A stretch of DNA of 64,000 nt from an uncultured virus (IMG/VR IMGVR_UViG_3300032278_000001) (taxonomy: Duplodnaviria; Heunggongvirae; Uroviricota; Caudoviricetes): IMG/VR virus record IMGVR_UViG_3300032278_000001, one strand, 5' to 3'. The notes beneath the pieces are model-generated. The model saw only the letters and a program-made list of their open reading frames with translations, did not search any database and was not told the origin of the DNA. The translations under genes were made by a program, and so were the position numbers. The stretch's first letter is position 1; the number at the start of each line of letters is the position of its first letter. Of the stretch, positions 17,901 through 29,900 are shown in pieces.

Positions 17901-20900
17901 TAGCATATTTCTTTACAAAACCCTTATATGGTTGACCATTAAGCTCAAGAACTTTAATAAATTCATCATTTCTTAATTTAATTGCATGTTCACTCAGTAC
18001 ATTAAGTGGTAAGTTAGGTGCAACAATAGATCCAATTCCTCTTGAGAATTCTTTATTACTATTAAATGCTACAGCTTGCCCAAGTAAGTTATATGGATCA
18101 TATTCTTGAGCTTTTCTTTCTTCTGCTAATCCAGGCATCTGTGATTCAAAAAATTCCCAAGCTTCTTCTAATGGTGTAACTACTGCAGATTGATATGCTG
18201 GTGCAACATGATCACCTTTACCAGGTTTTGTTTTACCTGGATTACCTAATAAAGCATATTTAAGATCTAAAGCATCGTTATTAAGAGCTGCATCATATGG
18301 TTCACGTCCATATTCATCTCTATATTGATTATATTCTTCAAGAGTTGATGGTAATCCTATTAACCATAATCCTCCTTGAATATCTTCATTTCTTTTCCAT
18401 AATTTTAAAACTTGTTGATCAGTAAGAGGATCTGATATAGAAAGAGCTTCATGAATAATAAAAGCATTAATCTTTGGCTGGACTATGTTTCTATTTCCGT
18501 CATTATCAATTATCATTTCTCCATTTAATATTTCATCTACTGTGTATTCTGTACCATTCTCTTTATTAAAACTAGTAATTGTTCTCTCAGTAACTGCAGG
18601 TACAAAATCTCCTCTATCTGCCCAAACTTCTGTTGCCATGAATATATCACTCTTCTTATTTCCATATTGAGTAATTATATTTCTTATATAATCTGCATAT
18701 TGTTGTCTTCTATTTGCTCCTTTACCATACTCTTTAAACACTCCTTTCTTATAATAAAATTCTTTAAGTTGTGTATATAGTTTATCAATATCAAAATCCG
18801 CTCCTGATATTTCAATTAGTCTTTTAGAGAATATTGCTGTAGATCCCATAACTGCTGGTAAAAAGTCAACCATTATTAAATTTACAGCTGAATGATCATC
18901 CTGTGATGGGATTCTTATTCCAAAGGCTTTAGCAATCACATCTGGAATTTTATCTCCAGGTTTAATATGATCCATAACAGATTTAAAATGAGGAGACATC
19001 ATAAATTCAGAACCTGTTACATCTGTTGGTTCACCTTTTTCATTATATATCATTACATCATGTCTAAGAACATCTAGATAAATATCACCTTCTTCCATAT
19101 TTACAAATGTCTCAGCATTTTCATCTGCAAATTCTTTATGTTGTATTTCTACTCCTTTTGGTCTATAGTTTGTTTCCCAATCCTCACTTCTAATAACATC
19201 CCATCTAATAGGTTGACCTGTTTCTTTATCTAATTCCACAACTTTCTTAACTACTTTAAATCCAAATTCAGGCATTAATGCTAAGGATGTTCCTGGTAAA
19301 CGTTCTGATAGAACTCCTTTACTAAAGAATGTTAAAAATAATTTTTCAAAGTGTTTTTCTGTTATCTGATTATTTAAGTTAAACTTAGGTGCACCATTCT
19401 CTGTCTCAAATAGATCTAACATTTGTACTTTAGCTTGAGAAGCTTCAAGCGCATTCTGTGCATAATCCACAAAAGCTTTAAGATTTACAGTTGCTTTTCC
19501 TATTTCTTTACTTTTTGCAAGTTCATTTAAAGAACTTTCCATTGTAAATATTAAATTTCTTCTTCTAAAATATTTATTAGCTAATCTTGCTTGTACAGTC
19601 TTGTGATACTTATCCATAACTTCTCTCATGGAATATGACTTATTATCTATTTTAATAGTCTTACCCTCAATTTGTTCAGAAGGAAGCTTATGTTTCATTT
19701 GAACAGCATCTACAATCTCCAGCTTATTAGAAGGATTAATCATTTGTCTTCTTAAGTATTTAGCTTGAATAGTAGTAAACATATTAGATACATCTGTTTG
19801 ACTGAATGCATCTTTAGTATCAACTACATTTATCTTAGCTGCTTTAGATGCTGACTCAAAGGCAGCCATACTAAATGTTTCTGTATCTGCTTCTTGAGCT
19901 TCTAATTTTAAACGTAGATCATGCCACTCTTCTCTACCAATTCTTGCAACCCATTCTCCATTTATTTTTACAGATGTAAGTTCTGGTATTAAAGTAACTA
20001 CAGACATTTTTAAATATGTAGTACCATCAAAATACATGAATTTCTTAGAATTTAAGAATGCATCTAGTTTCTTTAATCCTTTATTCTGTACATGAGCAAT
20101 ATCAAACTTAATCATTCCACTGAGATTATTCTTATTCTCAACAAACTGTGTGTGCATTCTATCAATAACATGTTCAGGAACAACTGCTCTCTTCTTACCA
20201 GAAGCAATATCCTTCTCAATTCTTTGTTTAACTGTTACAGGATCAACATCAAACATTTCATAATATGTTGTGAATTCTTTCCCTGACATCTTTTTAAGGT
20301 TCTCTATCAAAGCTGTTCTACCAAAAGGTCCCTCTTGCATTGTATTAGTAGCATCAAATACTACTAGTTTACCTTGTCTTAATCCTGTTGCTGCTCTCTC
20401 ATGTGCTAATTTAAATACTAATGCATTATTAGACTGATCAGAAACATCAGTTAATTCAGCTCTAATTGCATCAGGAGAAATAACTAATACATTTCTTCCT
20501 TCTGCTCTTAACTTGTTGATCCAAGTTGACTTACCACTCCCTGGTATTCCAATTGGTAAGATTAGACCTCCCTGAAATTTATTATCTCCAAATACTTCAC
20601 TACTAGATATTTTATCACCATTAGCTAGTTTCTTCATTAATTGTGCTTGATTCCAACTTAATCTACCATCTCCAAAAGCTGTATGTAAGAAAGCTTTACT
20701 TGTCATTACAGCAAATGCATCAGCTGTTTGTCCTGGTTTACCAACATCACCTGTACCAAAAATATCATTATATAATTTTTGAAACTTAGGATCTCTAATA
20801 GTTAATAAGTTAATATCCTTATTCTTATGATGAATACCTAATTCAGGAGCTATAACATCAGTTGCAAAGTTAGTACCTCCACCGTGTTCTCCTTTAGCTC

Positions 20901-23900
20901 TCTTAGTTAAATTTACAAACATATCTGTAAAACTCATTGCAGCATCACCTGTAGTATGTTTTGCAAATCTTCTTGCATTTATTGAAAAGTTAAAAAATAA
21001 CTGAGCTAAATTATATTCTCTATTTCCATGTTTAATGTTATATAGTTTTTCTAAGTAGTCTGTTTCTTGAGTTGTTGAATATGTAACACCACCTGCACTA
21101 CCTGTATCTACATCAATTAATCCTTCACGGACATCAAGAGGTAATGATGCCATGATATTTTGTTCATATAACATGTTTGTAAAGTCACCAAGTTCTTGCA
21201 TTTGTTTTTGCTTAACTCTTTCCTCAAGTGTTGTTGTTACTTTTTTACCATTTGCATCTGTATAAGTAATAGGTTCTTTAGAAGCTACTGCCCAACTATC
21301 TCCTGCAAGAGCTCTTCTTTCCATTTCTTCTTTAACAGATGTGTCTAATGTATAAAGCTTATTTGCTTTAGATTCTGCAGTTTCTCCTACCCATGTATAT
21401 CCTATATCATCACCAACTATAGATTTTGTTTTTGCATCAACTATTTCTTGAGCTAATCCTTCTCTAACCAAGCTTTCCCAAACACGCTGTGCTTTAGCAG
21501 ATACAATAAGATTGTCTGATATTAATCCACCAAGTTTTTTAGCAGCTGCTTTATAAAGTTTAACTCCTAAACCTAATCTTCTAAATTCTGGTATTATTTC
21601 TACATCAATTATTTTATTACTTCTAGAATCTACAGCTAATACTCCTATATTATTTCCTTTTACCTTTAAATTAAAAATAACTGCATTTTCAACAGTCAGT
21701 TGTTCCTCTTTGGTCATCTTAGAATTAATTGCTTTCTTAGAGATAGTATTTATAGATAATATTATAGGAGTTCCTGAATCATATGAATCTCTTAAAGATT
21801 TTCTCTTTTCTTTATCAATTAATATACTAGATTCCTCATATTCTTTTTGAGTCAGATATTCTCCTTCTTTAATTTCAAATTCAGAAACTTCAGATCTACT
21901 ATCTAATTCATTAGTTAACTGTTGTGCTAACTCATATTCTTCTCTTTCTACAGCATCATCTCTTAGTTCTGTTAGTTCTTGAACTGTTCTTTCAGAAATA
22001 TTATATTCAGCTGTTGGATCAATTATACCTGCTTCTCCTTCAATGTTTGTATTATATCTTAGAATATAGAAATCTTGCTTTCCATTAACAAAGTTTACTA
22101 GGTTCCAACTAAATGTCCAAAACTTCTTTTTTCTATAAGTAAAAGATAATGGTTCTTTTTTACCTCTAGCTTCTGGTCTAGTTCTATAAACCATAGTACC
22201 AAGATCTTCTATAACTCTAGCTAAGTCAACATCTTCTACATTTGATAAACCCTTATTTGTTATTGCTACATATTCACCACCCGCTTTATCTCTTTTTATT
22301 AATTCAACAACAGCTGTAGTTCCAACAGCTATTCTTACTTTTCCAGATTGAGCTTTACTTAATAATGTTATTTTTTGATTTCCTTCTAGTATACCTTCTA
22401 TAGTAACATCTGCTAATGAAGGAGGTTGAACTCTAATTGTTGATTTAATATTACCTTCTCTTATATTCATCAAGTTACCTGTATTAAAGAGTTGTAACCC
22501 TCTCATTTCTCCAGTATTAAATCCTTCTATAGTTCTTTCATCTTTTGTCTCAAGATCGTTTTCTTTTTGTATTCTTGCATATTCTTCTTGTATATCATTG
22601 ATATATAGATCTAGTCCTTCTTCTGTTAATTCTATCTCACCCTCATCTGTTTGATGTATCATATGATTAACAGGCATAACAACCATGTCTAAAGTACTTG
22701 CATCTGAAAGAATCTTAATTGGAACAGGAGCCATTACAAATTTTTGTCCATCTTTTGTTTCAAATACAGGAGTTTTCTTTAATGGAGAAGATTTATCATA
22801 AGTGTATGTTGCCATAGCTAACATATTCTTAATAAAATCTTTCATAGATAAATCACCATAAGATACACCATTACCAGAACCTAATTCAAATTCTCCAGTA
22901 TCCATTCCTAAAGGTGCTAGTTTATGACCACTTAATCTAATATGTCTTATCTCACCTTTTCTTACAGCTTCTAAGAATTTTTCATCTTTTATTAATGAAT
23001 TAAATGTGAAATTATCATCATCTTGAATCTTCTTAATCCATTCATTACCTCTCATTTCAGCAATTGTTTCTAAATGAAATGTTGGAACTTGATGTCCCCA
23101 AATTTGATGATTATCTGCTGACATAAATGTTGATTCCCCAACAGATTCATCAAACTGTGCATTATTTGCTGCAAGTTTTCTTATTCTTCCTTTTACTCCA
23201 CCTTTCTCAAATCCTAAACTTTCTCCTGTTTCTTCATCAAACAATTCTTGATAGTCTCTATATAGGTGTTCTCCCTTCTGAAGTGACATTTTGATTTCAC
23301 GTATTGCTTCAGTATCTACAGCTTCTATATAATTATTTAATATATACAGTGCTTGTTGTTGGTTTGTTCTGTCTTCTTCTGCTATATTATTTGTAACACT
23401 ATATTTAATGTATTCACTTCTAAGACTCATTCCTAATGCTTCATTAAGTACAGAACTAATGTAGTTTGCTCTTCCTTCAAGTGAATCATCTTTTGAAACA
23501 TCATAATTCTTTATCTTAGATAGTTGTTCTGTTGTTAATCTATCTGCAATAGATGTCTCTTCTAGTAAGTCTATTAAATCATCTAGTGCTCTTATCACTT
23601 CTCTTTGTAATTCTGAATCTTTAAGTAATCGTGGAGCTTTTTGAATAAATTTAGCAGCCCAAACTTTTGTTTGTGAATGCTCATCATCTTGTCTATTAGC
23701 CTCATACATATAATATATACCTGATTCTCTTCCTCCTCTAATATCTCTATGTACTATTGCATTAGTGGTTCTATATAATCTAAAAGCATTTACAACTCTT
23801 TGAAACTTAATTGCATCTTTAACATTTTCACCTAATTGCCAATCATCTGATAATACTTCTGACTCAGTTAATCCTATATCAGTTAAGAATTTATCTACAA

Positions 23901-26900
23901 AAGCTCTAGTGTGTTTATTATCTGATCTTGAGAACATTACCATCTTCTTTATTAATTCTTGATCATTTCTAGAATTTTTTACAGATTTTAATATTCCTCT
24001 ATATACAAACATGAAATCAACAGGAACTGTTACTCTTTCTCTGAGGTGTTGAGGTGCTTCAGGATTAATAAATTCATTACCATATTCATCAACTTCTGTT
24101 AATGTAGTTAATCCAATATATTGACGTACCCATTGACTAAGTTTACTCCAACCACCAATCATTGATTGATCCTTACTATATTGTGAAGTGGATCTTAAAC
24201 CATACTCTTGTGCTTCTTCAGATTCTTCTATATCATTTTCATTTTCTTTTACTTCAAATGCTCCTATATAACTTAATACAGCATCTTTTATTAAACTTTC
24301 ATGTTCGGCTAATGCCTCATAATGTTTTTTTAATTTAGGAGCAAATTGGATAAAACCTTCTTGTTCTTGATAAAACTCAATTCTATCTGTTACATTATAC
24401 ATATTTACAAAATCAGAGATGGTATTATCAAGAAGAGCTGAGTCAGCAATACTGCTCTTTTCTCTTCTATTCATAAACAATTGACCTATTGTAAAGATCA
24501 TTTTCTGAGCATCATCTGCAGGAAGATAAGATGTAACATCCATTGTTCTTTCTTCTCCTGTTCTAGCATCCGTACTAGTTGTAGTGATTACACCTGTTGG
24601 TATATTAACAATAGCAAAAGCTACAGGTTTGTTTCTATATGTATTTCCACTAGAAGATTCAGCAGCTCTGGTAAACATATTATTCTTAGTAGCTTTTGTT
24701 CTAAAAACACCTGAGTCTATTTCATTAAATAAATCATTTATAGATTTTTCACGTGTGTATCCTAAAAGATGTTTAATGAAATCCATTATTTTCTGGAATA
24801 AACTTCTTGTCTCAGTAGATACTGATTGAGGATTCATTTTCCAGTTATCAAATTGATTAGCTAAATATTCTTCATATAAAGTTTCTTCAAGTTTTGCTCT
24901 TGTCATCTCTGCATACTTAGGATGAACTTTTCTCATTTCTTTTAGTGCATCATTGACATTTTTAACAACTACACCATGTGTTAGCTTTATCCCTCCATCT
25001 CTCATCTTAGCTCTAACTTCTTTTTTAGCTAATCCTAAATAATGTTTAATCTCTTGATCTGTAAGTAACATTCTAAATACCCCATGAAATGCCTCATGAT
25101 ATTTAAGAGGAGTATATTTTCCAACAGATATCTCACCTTGCAGTTCTGAAATTGTCTCTCCATGCATCAAGAATCTCCCAACTTTATACTTTGCCTCTTT
25201 AAGTTTAATACCCAGCTCATCTATCTGCTGTAGGTGATCTACTCTCGTATACAGTTGTTCAGGTAAAGATTCCTTTGCCCAAGCTATAAAATTATCTATT
25301 TTTTCAACATCATAACCATCCCAAACACCTGGTATAACTGCTAAAGCACTATTACTATTAAGATCTTCATATTCTTCAATTAGTTTTAAATATACTGGAT
25401 CATTCATTACAGTTAAATATGCTGCTCCTTTAGCTTGTGCGGATGTTTGACCTTGTTTTACAAGTTCCTCTATTATTTCATTTGTTTTTATATTATAATA
25501 ATCTTCAGCTTTTTGTTTTGCAATATTAACTTTTTTTCTATATTCCTCTTTTACAGATTCATCCATTGTTTCTTGTGCCTCTGCTCTAGCTAATGCTTCA
25601 TCAATTCTCTCTTTAGCAATATTTTCATATAGATTTGCCTCACCTGGATTTAATCCTTCTCCTGATTGAATTTTTCCAACAATCCCTGCAATTACATTAC
25701 TAGGTATAGATTCAGGATTTTCATATGCATCTGCTATAGTTTCTGGTGTTACTTCTGCCGTTTCTATAATTTCTGTAGGTGTCTCTTCTTCAATAATTGT
25801 TTTTGCATTTCCTTCATTTGCAAGTCTTCTTATTGTTTTTAATCTATCTGCTGTTGAATCCATACCAGCAGAATCAGAAGCTGACATAAGAAGTTTTATA
25901 TTCTTTCTTACTCTTGCCTCATATGATGTTTCTGCAGGTAATAAATATTGTGTCAGGATCTTTTTAGAAGAAATACCTTTATCTGGAATAGACTCTTTGA
26001 AAGCATTTACTGTAAGATTTAACTTAATCTTGTTAGCTTCTTTGGTTATTGCTGTATCATTTTGTGTTTTAGCAAAATTCTTTGAATCTGTAGATAATTT
26101 ATTAATATAATTTATAAGATCTCTTGCTGTTTTAATCTTAGCAAGTTCTTCTCCTTTAACTAATCTCTTTCTTTCAAATATAGCAACCTTACCATCTTTC
26201 TTTTCAAAAGCCTTTTTATTGTATAATGTTATTTCTAATTCACCATAAGGTGTAACATTGAGTTGAACATCTGTACCAACATCATTAGCTATAAATAGAG
26301 CTTCCATGAGTTTATCATTATATTCATGGTTGAATGATGTTGATTTTGGTTTAACTTTATCATCTTTTGTTTTAGTAATATTCTCATCTAATGTTTTCTC
26401 TACTTGTTTATGTATACTACTTATTATATTATTTGCTTTTTCATCAGACATTGTTGGTGCTTTCACCTCAATAAGACTATATGATCCATTTGGTAATTGT
26501 ACAACGGCAACATATGCCCCTAATTTTGCTAATTGATTTCCTCTTGTACGTACTAATTCATCTACAATATCTTCATATTGTTTTCTTTGACTACGTTTTA
26601 CATTAGTTATATGTCTATCTAATGTTTTAATTTTACCACCTGATGTTATACTATAATCACGTCTATATTGTAAGATCCAATATGTACTTTTTCCATCAAT
26701 ATATTTATATTCTAAATCTTCAAACTTTACTCCTTTTGTTCCTTTTTCTACAAATGCCTCATTTCCTCTTGATATTTTAATATCAATATAATCTAAATCA
26801 GATAACTTTAAATCTACGGTAGAACCTTCTCCTTTACCTTTAAGTGCATTATTGAATTGTTCATATAAATAGTATGCCTGTATATAATGATTTCTTATAT

Positions 26901-29900
26901 CCTTAGTTACTTTTGTTATATTTTGGTTACCATATGTTCTAAATAGTTTTAAAACTTGTGATTCAGTAATTACTTCTGGATGTATTGCCATATCCATACT
27001 ATCTAAAAGAATAAGTGATGTTGGTCCATTCAAGTATCCTAAACTTGTTTTTCCATTCAGAACTTCAACTGAATACTCTTGTGCATGTTTAAGAATATTT
27101 TTATTTTCAGCATATTCTTTACCATGATTATCAGCAACAGTTTTTTTATCAACTGGAACACCTTCAGCGTGTGCCCATTTAGGACCATATGATATTCTTA
27201 ATGTTAACCCAGCTAATTCTGCTGGTTCTAAGTTTCTAAGCATTGTTTGTTGACGTTCATCTGCTTCTTGCTTTGTCTCAATATCTTCTAGATTATCTTC
27301 TCCTTTATAATAACCATTTGTATCTTTTTTCTTTTTTCTTGTTGAACTAATATATAATGGTTCTTCTGGTCTAAGTTGACTTACTTTTTCTTTTGCCTTT
27401 TTGTCTATAGATTGATCACTTGATCTACTCCATTCTTCACTTGTAAACTTACCTGTCTTAATTACCTTTGTTCTTTTTATTTTCTTTTTAAAGTCTTGTA
27501 TAGGTGTTACATATAAGTCATTACCATTAAATGTATCCCGTTTGCTAATCACAACCCAACTATTATCTTCTTTATCTTTAAGTACTTCTCCATGTTTAAA
27601 TGCTTTACCTTCAAATATAATACTTCCTCCTTCAGTAGATTTATTTATTAACTCTTGTTGTTTCTTTTTTGCTTCGTTTAAAGCATCCTCTCCTTCAATG
27701 GGTTTTAATATTAAACTATTCTTATAGTCATCTGTGATGTCATACATGTGTCTTTCATTTCCATCCTCATCTACTAGTGTTTTTCTAATTATATTAACTC
27801 CTTTACCTAATAAAACAGTTTCTCTTGCACCTTTATCAAGTGTGGATTTTTGAAAACCTTTAGGTTCTTTTACTGCAATATCAGTATATGTTAATGCAAA
27901 CTGTGAATGATATATTTTTCTAACTTGTGGAGTAGTTCTATTATTTTCTAACCATTCACCGAAGTCTTCAGTGGAACGTTCTAATGCATAGATTTTATAT
28001 ATTTCAGTTAAAGCTTTATATATTGCTTTTATTTTTGGTTGTTCTCTCCATTGTTCTATCTCCATATAATCCTCAGTAGTATCACTAAGTTTCCAATTTC
28101 TTATATAGTTTGCATGTCTTCTGTTTAATACTGCTTTAATAAAGGAAGGGACACGTAATCTATTATCATCAACACCTTCTTCCATCTCTTCAGCATCTTT
28201 GATACGCTGATCTAGGTTCTCTTCTTGTTTTTTTATAGGATCCTCTACTTGTTCTTCTTCTACAAAATCTTGAAATGATTTAACTTCTTTTTTGACGGTT
28301 TCCTTTTCTGCTTTTTTCTCTTCCTTCTTTTCTTCTTTTTTAAATAAACTCTCCATACTCTCTTTAAAGTTAATACGGATTGTGTTTAACTGGCTATATT
28401 TTAAAGCATCAGTCTCTTTAGTTAACATACCATTTTCTGTTCTGTATGTTCTAGGAATATTGTTTTGTGGATCCTTTAAGAAGGCTTCCATTTCTTCATC
28501 AATAGGATATATACCTGCATTAGCTAAATCATTTAAGAATACATTAACTGATTGTGTTCCAACCCATTTCCTTAATCTTTCCTCAATTTTTCCTCTATTC
28601 TCTCTATAAGCTTTCAGCATACCTAAGGCCATTCTGTCTTGCATTTCTAATGCGTGATCAGGATTAATCATCATGTTTATAGCCTTATTGAATTCTATAG
28701 ATCTTCCTTTAAGTGCCTTATGATCCATAATACCCTTTATGAAATCCTCAAATTTAGTCATATCTACAATACCATCTCCACCTTCTTGTTTAGATAAATA
28801 TTCTACATATGCTTGAATAACAGGTCTTAACTTACCAACCTTTCTTCTATCAAAGAATCCAAAGTTCTTCTCAACAGATTTGATCTCATACTGAAGAATT
28901 CTTCTTGCTATTTCTTGTTTCTTTTGTTCCTCATCTAGACTGTCATCTTTATTAACCTTAGCTTTTATTAACCTTAATACTTCTTTAGAATCAGTGGTTT
29001 TAATAACATTCTCTTTATCTGTAAGAACTTCAAAAATCTCTTTTAATAAAGCTGATCTCTCTTGTTGATCTAAATATTGCTTTCTTTCATCTTCAGACAT
29101 CTGAAGCATTGCTTCATCCTCAGTTAATTCTTCTCCAGATTTTATTCTTGTTTTAGTTTCTGTAGTTTCAGCTTCAGTTTCTGAAGATTTTTCTGCTGCT
29201 CTTTCAGAATCTACTCTTTCTTTTTGATCTGCAGTTAATCTGTCCCACATTTTAGGATTCATAACTGTACTATAGTCTTCAACTTTTCCTACTGTATATG
29301 TATCACCAGAAGGAATCATCTTATCTGTTTTAGAATCTCTTACTTTTACTTCAGTATATAATTTAATAGCTTCTTCATTAGAAATATTATCTCTCTGTTG
29401 TATTTTAGCATCAATTACAGTAGCATCTACCCAGAAGTCATCAGCTTTCATAGTCCATACTACACTACCGTCTAATCTTGTTGTAGCTCTAAATATAATT
29501 ACATCTCCATCCTCAGTAGTAACAGTAAATTCTTCTCTTTTAACAGGAACTCTATTATCATCATATCTTGGTTTTTCTTCTGTTGTTTCTTCTGCCTCAA
29601 ATATTTCTCTTTCATTAAGAGCAGCTTCTTCTGCATCATATTTCTCCTGAACTTTTGTTACATTAGCATAGTCTGCCTTTCCAGCTGCCTTTAATTTATC
29701 TAACTCAGCTTGTCGTCTTTTTGCAATATCTTGATATAGTCTTTTATACTCACTTTTACTTATCATTTCTATCTCAAAATCCTCTGTTGTTCTTGCTAAC
29801 TCCATCTCCACCTCAAGCATAGACATTTCTTTTACTAAAGCTGAAATGTTTGTTAGAACATCAATATCTTTACTTTGTATATTCTTTGATACACCACTTT

